From Schmidtea nova (lineage: Eukaryota): a stretch of 64,000 bases of DNA. Position 1 is the first letter of the stretch. Every line of letters begins with the position of its first letter. This document shows, piece after piece, positions 14,201 through 24,448 of the stretch. The notes beneath the pieces are model-generated. The model saw nothing but the letters and a program-made list of their open reading frames with translations. It did not search any database and was not told where the DNA came from. Location: assembly GCA_044892505.1 (NCBI GenBank), contig CM097884.1:135284001-135348000 (forward strand), given 5' to 3'. Both the position numbers and the translations under genes were made by a program.

Positions 14201-15317
14201 GTTTCTTTATAATTATTTTTTTTTGTTTTAATTGATGTAGAATAAATATTTACTATTACCTATTATAATGGATGTTTTTATCAAACTCTAAATTATTTTA
14301 TACAAGCAGATCTAATCTTTATCGTGGGGTTCATAAACGCAATTTTTTTAACTAAAACAAGATAATTGATATTACCTAATGCATCAATAAAGTGAAATAA
14401 ATCTGCAATGTTATATGAAGAAGGATTATTTATTTTTAAATGTTCTTTATATATAAATTTCTTCAAGGTAATGATTTTTATTTTTATAATTATTCCATTA
14501 TTTGGTATCAAATTTGTGACAGAGTCGTATGATGTTTATGAAACAAATATTTATAAAAAAAAATCTAAAATTTATAATTTTATTAATTATTAAATGTTAA
14601 TAATAATAATGATGATAATAATATGATATGATGATAATGCTTGATTATTTTTTTTTTGGGAAAATAAATCTTTATTTGTCTTTATTATTAAAAACACTTA
14701 ATGTGATTAAGCCGCAAATCAATCCAGGAAAATAAATGATCGACAAACAGGAATGAGACAGTTGTACAATATCCATTGAAATCAACAAAATTGATTGCAA
14801 CAAAAGAGCTATGCAAGATTTTAAAGTGCCTTATTCACTGACGCCTTGCGTCTAATAAAATTTTTAAAAACAATAAACAAAATTAATTTAAGCCCCTAGA
14901 GGGCATTTTAAGTTAATTTAATTAATTATTTATATATATTTGTATGGGGGGTCCTGACCCGGGATATATTTGGCGATGGCAGTGAGTTTGTCGAAATATA
15001 TACACAACAACAAAAAAATGAAATTATCCATTATCAAACCATATAATTCTCATTACACAATAAAATATAATTGTCATCAATAAAATTATCCCATAAAAAT
15101 AAAATTGCCAGATAGTCATCACATAAAATATTATCATATAAAATCACTAAAATCATAATGTCATTGAATTTGATATTTTCCTTGTCTATCTATTTTAAAA
15201 AAATACATCCACAAATAAAATCAATTATTCATATAACAATATCATCAATTATCAAAACCAAAAAAGTAAAAGAAAATGTTATCACAATCAAATGTAGTTC
15301 ATCAAGTCAAATTATTA

Positions 15318-16160
15318 TCATTGTTGGCCTGGGTTCTGATTGTTGTTATCCACATACACATTTAGTCTGTACTTATTTGCCCCTATTGTATAATTTTCAT
15401 CTATCTCGAAATTTTCGACTATTTTCCCTGTATCTAACATATATATTATTTTGACTAATTTGGTGGTTTCCGACCCTGAGAATGGTTCCGGTTTTCTTAA
15501 TAGTTTATTTACTCTCTCTTCCTTGAAACATCGTTTGTGATAACTTATAACTTGGTATGCCAAGTTAGATAGTTTTATTTTGTGTGGCTCTACATTCTTT
15601 ATGAATGTGCACATAAACTGGTCCTATTCCATTTCTCGAATACCCATGACGTAATTGATTTTTATCGCAAGCGTTTTGAGTTTTTCCATTATTCCGAACC
15701 CTATTATTATTTTTCCATATAATATGCTTCTGACGTCATTTAATGCCTGATATTCATCTTCATTTCCTAAGATATTTTCTCTGGTCGCTTTGGCTTTTTC
15801 GACTTTAAAATCTTTGACCCTTGATCTTAGGGTTATCTTTTTGTCGTATATTGTAATGCCTTGATCATCCCTTGTGTTGATTTCCATTAGCCTTTGATTT
15901 CAGTTGATGTCTGTGATTAATTTGACATCCAGGAACACTATTAATTCATGTCTTTCTGCTATAGACAGTTCTTGTTGGGTAAATGATATTCTTCTTTTTA
16001 TTAGGTCTTCTGTTAATTTGATCGATGACGGGATGCTTTTTAGTTGCCTGAACGGATTTGGCATTATGGGAATATAAATTATTTCGATTGCGATAACGCA
16101 GGGTAAGCTATTCATTTGTATCAATAACTCGTTAAAATCGTTACTCATGCTCCTGTCTTT
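15318..16160 (-). pseudogene. REXO4/ISG20-like DEDDh exonuclease-fold ORF, 3' part (5' part at 19241-19286)
   Basis: Three track ORFs lie in one frame, separated by TGA (15900) and TAG (15624); IVFLDVKLI / GITIYDKKI / SILYGKIIIGFGI..KLKTL / GIRE / IKLSNLA follow the REXO4 motif order. Confidence 0.6.
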
Positions 16161-17421
16161 TGTTGAGCCAGGCAAATCAACAATCATCTAAAAATAGCAT
16201 AGAATTAATAAAATAAATTTACATAAAAACAACAATAAAATAAATTACTGTCATCAAATAGTCGGCAATACGCGGCAGAATCTAAAAGTAACAAAAGAAT
16301 AAATCAACATAGATAACAATAAGAACTCACCCATGCGGAATACAAATAATCTGAAAATCTGACAGGGCGTGGGCAGACATCACCAAGAATCTAAAATAAA
16401 ACAAATATTAACAAAGGATTCACGCATGATTAAACAAACAACTTACTGAATTGAATTACACAGAAAAACCGACGATCATAAATGATTAGCAATAAATGCA
16501 CACATGCTCGATTCTGATTGGCCGGCCAGCAACACCATTTAGTATAAATACTGAAGCAAAATCAGTATGAGAGTCACTTTTTACCAAGTCATTTTTTACC
16601 GAGTAAAAATTTTGGTAGAGTTACTCTTACCAGAAGCATACTTGATCAGAATAACCTTGTAATCAAGAAGACGTTTACGAAATAAAGGTATGTCGGTTAT
16701 TGTTTTCATTATTATCTTTAATGTAAACCCTCATAATACTAAAATCCATAAGGTTCTGTCCCGAAGATCTAGCGATTTGGCGGGATTCTCGGCCTCTCGG
16801 CACAACATATTTTCATATGAGGTGCTGATGCGGCGAGACCCTAGGTTTGCTAAAATTGATTGTTGATCGGGAAAGGGGGTGCACCTGGGATGTCGAGAGT
16901 CGTCTGATGGATCGTACTTCAGCTAGAAGGGATACGACGGATAATACCTGATAAACACAAAAGAACTGAGGACAGTGAATTAATGTAACAGAATATACTA
17001 TTACATGGAGAACTAGGAGAACTATGGGTCACCGAGTCTCGAAATAACATCGCCCGATGGATCATGATCCTTGTTAGTATGTATACGAAAAATGATGACA
17101 TGAATCTGACAGAGATGTGTGTGAAACAAAATTGAATGTTGCTGTAAATGAAACTTTACTGTACGTATGTTAATAGTAACGAGCGATGAGCATCATCGAT
17201 CACTTATAAAATTATGAAGTATGATAAGGTTATGCTGAACTACCACGCTCGAGAGAGTGTCCAAAATTGCTAATATGGTTCATTGAATAAAATCAACGAA
17301 CAGCTGATCATTCAATAACACCGGCCTACTCAAGTTTGGACCAAAAATTAGCGTAGGAAAACCAATAATAAAACTACGTGCACTAAATCGTATTCTCACA
17401 TGCCAACTATTATTCAGAGAA

Positions 17422-18062
17422 TTGAAGCGAGAACCGACCACCAAATCCATATTGAAACAAACATCCACTAGCGATAAAAATCGGGATACGCAAAGAAAGA
17501 ACCAGGAGAGAACCGCGCGGAGATCGCGAGCTAGTGCCTCGAGGGTAAGGCTCCAAGGAATCGCAGATGTCCCCACGTCAATTATTCAACAGGCGCGTAG
17601 ACACCTTCGTCTATGGATCCGACGATACACCAACATCGCCTCCAAGGTGCCATCCTGTTCCTTTCCAATACAACTGCGGTGGGAAGGAGATTCGAAGTGG
17701 CCAATAGCCGCGGATCGATCGCACAGACGTCCCCGAACTGGTTCCTACAGATGACCAACGATGCGGGTCAACCCCGATGGATTTTATGTGATGCCACGAT
17801 AACAGGTCCAGAATTCTTCAAGCTTGGTTACCTACTCATGGATAGGCCTCAGTGTAGCGACACTGGGGAAATCCAACCCTACCGACATGCACCCAGAAGT
17901 ATGACATCGGAACAGAACCCGAAACCGGACGAGCTCAGACTATGGGAGGTATTCACCTACCAGGACAAACTCGTTTGGGATCCATGCCTGGAACTCTATT
18001 TACCAGATGGCAGAAGGCGAGCGGATCGACGTCTCGACCAAGAGATTCGACCATTCTTCTGA
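17422..18062 (+). pseudogene. LTR ORF1 homolog with one frameshift near 17730
   Basis: First frame gives ARRHLRLW...IQLRWEGD, second gives WFLQ...LRLWEVFTYQDKLVWDP; joined they are collinear with 22655-23290. Confidence 0.8.
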
Positions 18063-18282
18063 GAAGGAGTGATTGTGACCACGATCCGATGTAGATGAAA
18101 TTAACAATAAAAATGTTCATTAGTTCTTCTTATGATGACTTGACTGTATGTGAATGACTGAGTATGAAGGAATGATGTGAGAAAGTTAGGTAGTGTGTAG
18201 TAATCTAAATTTTCGAAGAGTGAAGGGAAGTGCGAATTCATAGTAGAATCATAATTCGAGTTACTGATATAATTTATTAGAG

Positions 18283-18843
18283 ATGAGCCTCAATAATATT
18301 TGCAACTACAAAAAAGAAGCCAAGGAGCATAGATCCCGTATTAAAGTGTTGGAAAGTAGATTGCGACAATTAACCGATGAACACCAGCGAGTAAAAACCA
18401 CCTGGTTCAATCCAGAACGGGTGAAGTCCATCTTACAAGCCCGATATAGAGCAGAAAGAATCGTCGAAGAACAGACGAGAGAAGTGGCAGCGGTAAAGTT
18501 AGAACTACACAACTACCTGAAAGCCACCACTCAGGAGTTCATCACCCAACAATTGCGCCCATTGATCCGGGTTAGCACGTTCAACCGATGGGTGGATACG
18601 GTTGCTACGACGACAAGTACCCAGACGGAAATTGAATCCGGTACTACGACAACCACTCCAGAGATTATATCGCCATCAGAAGGTTCAAAAAAAACCAAGC
18701 GCCGAAATCGCCTCGGGGCGAAAAGACGTCGCGAGCGTAAGGCTTACGCGGAAAGAATTGGTATTGAGGTAGATTTGCTGAGTGGTTTAACGGAACGACA
18801 ACTGTTAGAGGTGATAAATCCCTCAGTGTTGTTAAATGAATAA
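18283..18843 (+). CDS. LTR ORF2 homolog (186 aa; coiled coil, TSTQTE, Arg/Lys-rich motif)
   Basis: Intact and clearly homologous to 23440-24039 along its length. Confidence 0.8.
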   Translation: MSLNNICNYKKEAKEHRSRIKVLESRLRQLTDEHQRVKTTWFNPERVKSILQARYRAERIVEEQTREVAAVKLELHNYLKATTQEFITQQLRPLIRVSTFNRWVDTVATTTSTQTEIESGTTTTTPEIISPSEGSKKTKRRNRLGAKRRRERKAYAERIGIEVDLLSGLTERQLLEVINPSVLLNE

Positions 18844-19240
18844 TAAATGTATATTAGTCAGCTGAATTGATTTGATTGACTGTGGAATGATTGCGACAAC
18901 ATAAAAATAAATGAAATGAAACCGATTCATTTTATGCTACAGATACCCCGAAATCGAATTTACCGTAGAAAGAATAAATGGAGCGCATGAAATGGGGACC
19001 GAAATAAATCCACATAAACCTTCTATCGGTAGTGGTGGACCCGTGAATAAACAAGGGAATATTAGCCGCAAGGTTGCTCACCTGCCTTGTCATTTCATAA
19101 CGTTGACACAGTACCAACATGATGAGTAGTTAGGGATACATCATGGGTGTCAGCGGGGAGATTATTTTTATGTTGGCGAGATCACCCTAACGCATAAACT
19201 CAAAATGATCTCAGTTGAATGTCTAACCAACACACCAGCA

Positions 19241-19286
19241 CTTTTCTGATTAATTTGATGATGAGCGAGCAGTTACTTGTTGTCAT
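19241..19286 (-). pseudogene. 5' end of the exonuclease-like ORF, cut off by the solo LTR
   Basis: Removing the LTR and one TSD copy gives MTTSNCSLIIKLIRK-DRSMSNDF in frame with 15318-16156 (295 codons in total). Confidence 0.75.
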
Positions 19287-19786
19287 AAGCGGGATTTTGT
19301 TTTGACAAATCGATACTTCGGTTTTGTGATATGGAACGTTAGCTGGTGGAGTACTTTTTTACCTTCTGCCACCGCTTTATCTACATTTTTATACTGGTTG
19401 AAACTCCCAATGAGTTCTCTGAGTTTGACCCTTCGAGCATCATTTAATTTGATTATGCTCATTTCTCTTTCTTCGATGTCTGTCTTCATTTCGTTTGGTA
19501 TGCAGACTTGGTTGGGGAAAATTCTTATAGTGATGGGTTGTTCGCCTGTGCTGATTTTGTTCTGAATATTTTTATAAAAACTGTTTCCCAGTTTGTTTAA
19601 AAAACAGGTATATTTCTGATATGACGCGGGTAGTTCGTTTTGCTTAAACATTTGGTCGTATTTTTCGAAAGATTGATTATGAGATTGAATTTGTTTGTAT
19701 GGGTGTTGACGATTGGGTTGGTTGAGCTGGTTGAATTGTCTGTTTGATTGTTTGTATTGTCTGTCGGGTTGATTGTTATGGTACAT
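19283..19786 (-). CDS. Unknown Gln/Asn-rich protein (167 aa)
   Basis: Open frame; its TGA overlaps the next ATG (ATGA at 19286-19283). Confidence 0.5.
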   Translation of the reverse strand: MYHNNQPDRQYKQSNRQFNQLNQPNRQHPYKQIQSHNQSFEKYDQMFKQNELPASYQKYTCFLNKLGNSFYKNIQNKISTGEQPITIRIFPNQVCIPNEMKTDIEEREMSIIKLNDARRVKLRELIGSFNQYKNVDKAVAEGKKVLHQLTFHITKPKYRFVKTKSRL

Positions 19787-19975
19787 TTTCTGTTGGTTTT
19801 CCTTGTTCTATTTTGATAGGTTCTTGTTTTTGTTGTTTTTTGGAATCATTGTTTTTGGAATTTTGTTATTCTAGTGTTTGTTAGTATTTTGTCTATATGT
19901 GGTGTGGTATTTAATATATTATTTGATGTCGTTGTTTCTATATTTATTTCTTTTATTTTTGTGCTTTCTATTCTA

Positions 19976-20359
19976 TCAGGTGTTGTTGTTGTCGTTGTTG
20001 TTGTTATGCTTGGGCTTTTTATTAGATCTTTGGGTAATTGTTCTGTTCTTATTCTCTTGCATCTCCATATTGTTGTATGTGTTTCTCTGTATGCAAATTC
20101 TGTATATTGTATTAAGTGTTAGTTTTGTGAAGTTAACAAAGATTCCTCTTTCGATTTCGTTGGTTGTTCTGTCGTCTTTTCCTTTTATCATCTTTGGATT
20201 TTCTTCATCCGTTGTTTGCATGTAAATGTCAATTATTCCCTTGTTTATGATAAATACTCTAACTTCGTTTGTTGATATTTTTATTAATAATTTGTCAAAT
20301 TCTATTGTTTCGGTTGAACCAACGAATGTTATGATTGTTAAGAAGATAGCCGACATCAC
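19976..20359 (-). CDS. Unknown protein with hydrophobic N-terminus (127 aa)
   Basis: Open frame, co-oriented with the adjacent minus-strand ORF cluster; MMSAIFLTIITFVGS resembles a signal peptide. Confidence 0.4.
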   Translation of the reverse strand: MMSAIFLTIITFVGSTETIEFDKLLIKISTNEVRVFIINKGIIDIYMQTTDEENPKMIKGKDDRTTNEIERGIFVNFTKLTLNTIYRICIQRNTYNNMEMQENKNRTITQRSNKKPKHNNNNDNNNT

Positions 20360-20531
20360 CAGCTTGTTATGAGATCTTAGATTATATTTGTGAGGTTTAT
20401 CTATTGCGACCTCTGCTTCTGCTAACTTGCATCTGTTAACATGTACTACTATTGGGTAATTACTAATCTAATATTAGCAACAATAAATTACCAAAAATAA
20501 ACATTTTAAATTTATTAAAATTATTAATTAA

Positions 20532-20761
20532 CCCTTTGAACCCTTGCCTAATTTCTCCCAAGGAGACTGAAACTTTAGACTAGCAGCACCACGTGCCTGA
20601 GTACGCACTTGAACAGTTTCATTGTCCCTTTCGATGTCACTGTGCTCACTTTCAAATTCAACGTCACTATCATCACAGTACAAATCATGAATATTATCTT
20701 CTTCATCAGAATCAAGAAGTATTTGTTTAAGCCGGTTTTCCGGCTTGCCGGGCTTAAAGGG
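20532..20761 (-). mobile_element. Internally deleted piggyBac-like element (230 bp)
   Basis: TTAA flanks (20528-20531, 20762-20765); imperfect TIRs CCCTTTGAACCC / GGGCTTAAAGGG; minus strand retains an acidic transposase-like N-terminus (LLDSDEEDNIHDLYCDDSDVEFESE). Confidence 0.75.
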
Positions 20762-20916
20762 TTAATATTAACGTTGAGGCCTAGGGGCCTATCTCTAACC
20801 TAATGTTAGCACTGTTTGGCATTTTATAAAATTTTGCATACATACGTTTTCGGTAAATAAGATATAAAATGTCTTAATCTAACTTATTCTAAATATTTTA
20901 TATAGTTATTTAAGAA

Positions 20917-21140
20917 ATGGGCGACTATGAGCGAGAAGTAGCACCATTGCAAAAGTTATGGAATGAAATACAATCAGAGGAAAAAATATCTGAAAATCAA
21001 AGTGAAGCCGATAAAGATGATTTACATGTTAATAATCATGTCACTGATACTGAAAAATTAGGTGAATCTAATGAAGAATCTGATGATGAAATACCACTTA
21101 CTGATCTTCAAAAAAGCACGTCATAGAAGATGCTTTAGAT
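20917..21140 (+). pseudogene. piggyBac remnant, left part (target of the giant insertion)
   Basis: MGDYERE...LQKLWNEIQSEE acidic N-terminus, then AGA AGA TGC TTT AGA T, which joins across the TSD to give RRCFRCSSKKNRKTKTICKKCYKFICKQH. Confidence 0.7.
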
Positions 21141-21514
21141 TGTTGGGCTAGCCAGATCGAGCAGCATCTGGAAATAATATACAATCAATAAAATAAATTT
21201 ACAACAGAATAACAACAAAATAAATTACCAACACCAAAGCGTAACAAATAAGCGGCAACATCTAAAAGAAATAACATATTAACCAAAACAGCAAAAATCT
21301 TCAAAACTCACTCATGCGAAGCAGAAAAAATTGGAATATGACAGCGCGTGGGCGGATGTCACCAAAGACCTAAAAACAAAAATAAAATAAAATAAATTGA
21401 TGACTAAGAAAAACTTACCGCATGATTAACCAAACAAATCGGCAAGTTAAGTTAGGCAGCAAAAAGCCGACAACATGAAAAAATGAAGCAAACATACACA
21501 CATACTCGATGCTG

Positions 21515-21547
21515 ATTGGCTAACCAACAACACCGGTTCAGTATAAA
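21515..21547 (+). promoter_or_regulatory. Putative LTR promoter: inverted CCAAT (ATTGG) plus TATAAA
   Basis: Both motifs and their 26-27 nt spacing are conserved in three diverged LTRs (9102/9129, 16517/16543, 21515/21542). Confidence 0.7.
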
Positions 21548-22654
21548 TACTGAAGTCAAATCAGTATTTGACAATGCCATTTTTTACCAAGTGTAACTTG
21601 CAGTTGAGTACTGAGAACATTGTAAAACCAACTTGAAGGAAAATAAAAGGTAATTGTTGTGTGTTAGATTGTTTCTTTAAACCCTCATAATTATGATTGT
21701 TAACCATATTAAAATCAATAAGGTTTTCCGGAGGCCTAACAGCCTGACGGATTCTTGGGGCCTCTCAGCGCAACACAATCTTTCGGTTGTGAGGTGCTGA
21801 TGCGGCGGGACCATAGGTGTTCTAAATATTTAACAAGCGGAAGGGGGAAGGGCACATCGGATATCTCATGCCATCGTAACCTCAGTAGGGGTAGAAGCAA
21901 TTGAAGGACGTATCATCTGTCACGACAACATCGAGTACCTTGGTTTACGTAAAAGACGTGTTGATAGACACAAAGTGTCCAGCGTTCGTGAAGTCAAGTA
22001 GAGTAACGACAACTTTGTGCAGAGGGTAAGTATCATGATAAATTGAGCACTGACGATGATAGAGCTATACAACGCATGAGCCATGTGAGTCAGAGACCGA
22101 CAGTGCTAGGGTCAGAGGTAAACCATGAATCCACAGGATATCCCAACATATATGTACGCCTCTCGAAGGGTACGAAGGATAGACCCACGAAATGTAATGC
22201 AAGTACAATCTATACCCAATTAACCTGAATAAGGGGTCGATCGTGTTCCCCGGATGATGTGATTCTTGATAGTTGAACCTGAGGTATGGAGATAACACCT
22301 GAGGAGTGATTGAGCATGATTGTTGTAAAAAATAAACCAAAATGGTCTCTGAAATGATGATAGTCAAACATAATAAATGGTCAAGTAATCATCGTAGATA
22401 AAAACAGACTGTCATAAACGGCACTGAATTATGCGTGGCCAAATCATATAAGTAAATTGATATAGCGAATACACTCACCCGCAATGACAATAACATACAT
22501 CCTACATAATATCTTGAACGTCGGACCGGTTCAACACTGAACCACCAACTGCAACCTACAGAGTTTCACCCTTGAGTCGAGTAGGTCAACGGTTATAAAT
22601 AATTGCGCGCACCCGACAAATTCATCACAATAACATATTCTTGTCTTCAGCAAT

Positions 22655-23290
22655 ATGATAAAGACCGAAGAATACCAAAGAAGTCTGAGCACCTCTCGAC
22701 AGATGAAAGTGGAAGATTATGTCGTCCGGAAACCGCGACGCATCCGTTCCGTCGTCCGGCCAAGGAGGATCCCTACCATCGATGGAGAAATGGAAGCCCC
22801 ACGCAGAATTAGCGAAACTGCGCGTCGACATCTACGTCGGTGGACAAGACACCATATGAGTGCAGCCGCAGGTATTCCGGCTTGCACCTTCACGATACAA
22901 TTACGATGGGAAGGAGACCCCGATTGGATGTCCACCATGGACCCTGCCGAACCAAGGACCGATAGGTGGTTCTTCCAATTCCTCGACGGACAGAGACGAC
23001 CCCGCTGGGTGTTGAGCAATGAAATGATGACGGGAAGGGCTCTATTTCAATTAGGGTACATGCTGCTAGACAGGCCTCGGTGTCGCTACACTGAGGAAGT
23101 CTTCGCTTATTCCAACGCACCAGGAAGTGTTTCCGTGGAACAACACCCCGAGCCCAAGGAGCTTCGCCTCTGGGAGGTGTTTATCTACAAAGATAAGCTG
23201 AGTTGGGACCCAGCCCCAGAAATGTATTGGGAGAATGGAATTCGCCGCGACGAGCATCCTGCCGATCAGGAATTGAGGACATTCAGTTGA
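22655..23290 (+). CDS. LTR-encoded ORF1, unknown function (211 aa)
   Basis: Intact in both LTRs; protein-level homologs in both solo LTRs; preceded by acceptor-like TTCTTGTCTTCAG. Confidence 0.75.
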   Translation: MIKTEEYQRSLSTSRQMKVEDYVVRKPRRIRSVVRPRRIPTIDGEMEAPRRISETARRHLRRWTRHHMSAAAGIPACTFTIQLRWEGDPDWMSTMDPAEPRTDRWFFQFLDGQRRPRWVLSNEMMTGRALFQLGYMLLDRPRCRYTEEVFAYSNAPGSVSVEQHPEPKELRLWEVFIYKDKLSWDPAPEMYWENGIRRDEHPADQELRTFS

Positions 23291-23439
23291 TTGATGCAGC
23301 CGAGAAAGAATGATTGTCTTAGATATAGAAATATATGTATTGGAGTGCGACGGTCTTGTTTTGTTTTGAGTGCATGAGAACAACCTAAGGATAAGGTAGA
23401 GTTGTGTAATGACGATAGGATGACCGAAAGATCAGACAC

Positions 23440-24039
23440 ATGACATATACTGCCATTAATGATATATTTACAGACATGACGGAAACCAAGGGCAGAGATT
23501 TCAAGCAAGAGGCGCGAGAACACAAGGCGCGCTCACGAGTCCTGGAGAGTCGATTAAGGCAGCTGAATGAGGAGCATCAGCGGGTTAAAACGACATGGTT
23601 TAGCCCAGAGCGGGTTAAGTCCATCCTGCAGGCTAGATACAGGGCGGAACGAGTAGCTGAGGAACATGCCAGAGAGATTGCAGCCCTGAAGCTGGAGTTG
23701 GCGAATTATTTGAAGGTGTCGACTCGAGACTTCATCACCGAACAATTGCGCCCCGTGATCCGAGCGAGCACCTTTAATCGATGGATAGATACGATAGCGG
23801 TAACTACGAGTACCCAAACAGAAACCGATACCATCGCAACCACGACGATCGAATCAACAACGAAAACTCCAGCCGGTTCAAAACGAACGAAGAGGAGGAA
23901 TCGCTTAGGAGCGAAAAAGCGCAGGGAAAGACGCGCATATGCAGATCGCGTAGGAATAGAGGTAGACTTGCTCAGTGGTCTATCTGAGCAAGAACTACTA
24001 AATGTAATTCGACCCTCTGTATTGGTGAACTATAAATAA
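23440..24039 (+). CDS. LTR-encoded ORF2 (199 aa; coiled coil, TQT motif, Arg-rich basic patch); start may be Met13 at 23476
   Basis: Intact in both LTRs; homologs at 18283 and 10572; AATAAA at the stop. Confidence 0.8.
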   Translation: MTYTAINDIFTDMTETKGRDFKQEAREHKARSRVLESRLRQLNEEHQRVKTTWFSPERVKSILQARYRAERVAEEHAREIAALKLELANYLKVSTRDFITEQLRPVIRASTFNRWIDTIAVTTSTQTETDTIATTTIESTTKTPAGSKRTKRRNRLGAKKRRERRAYADRVGIEVDLLSGLSEQELLNVIRPSVLVNYK

Positions 24040-24429
24040 ATGTATATAAATGAATGACTTGATTTACCTTGTTTGTTTGATGCATGTATAAGAAGTAAAA
24101 GTAACAAAAACCCTGGTTCATTTAAATTGCAGATATCTAAAAAGTAAATTACCCTAGAGCAAAGTAAGGAGCATAAGTGGGACCGAAAGAAAGCCACAGA
24201 CACCTTCTATCGGTAGTGGTGGACCCGTGAATAAACAAGGGAATAGTAGCCGAAAGGTTGCTCACCTGCCTTGTCATTTCACAACGTTGACACAGCACCA
24301 ACATGATGAGTAGTTAGGGATACATCATGGGTGTCAGCGGGGGAATGTTTTTATGTTGGCGAGATCACCCTAACATATAAAATCATAATGATCTCAGTTG
24401 TCAATCTAACCAACACACCAGCATAAATT

Positions 24430-24448
24430 TGGGGGCTCAGTCGGGATT
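24430..24448 (+). other. Primer-binding site, tRNA-Pro-like
   Basis: TGGGGGCTCAGTCGGGATT begins after a 6-nt spacer from the LTR end; canonical Pro PBS is TGGGGGCTCGTCCGGGAT. Confidence 0.75.

Larger units (their letters stand above)
16161..19240 (+). mobile_element. Solo LTR (3,080 bp), sister family of the full-length element
   Basis: TGTTGAGCCA...CACACCAGCA; 4-bp TSD CTTT (16157-16160, 19241-19244); ATTGG 16517, TATAAA 16543; final ~250 nt highly similar to the main LTR. Confidence 0.93.
21141..24423 (+). repeat. 5' LTR (3,283 bp)
   Basis: TGTTGGGCTAG...CACACCAGCA; every track ORF inside it recurs with an identical translation at +26,201. Confidence 0.97.

Noticed and set aside
14944-14965. 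PBS-like TGGGGGGTCCTGACCCGGGA
   Set aside because: No CA-ending LTR terminus can be placed directly upstream, and tRNA complementarity is poor
13644-20441. Single minus-strand solo LTR spanning the second-family ORF cluster
   Set aside because: Candidate flanks TATA and TGTA do not match exactly and the distal end has no independent support; left as undefined boundaries
21790-21815. Hammerhead ribozyme (GCTGATGCGG conserved between LTR variants; ATGATGAG near the LTR end)
   Set aside because: Neither gives the CUGAUGA core with a correctly placed GAAA and stems
22043-22228. Short LTR ORFs (22043-22228 and antisense ones)
   Set aside because: No homologs in the diverged solo LTRs, unlike ORF1 and ORF2
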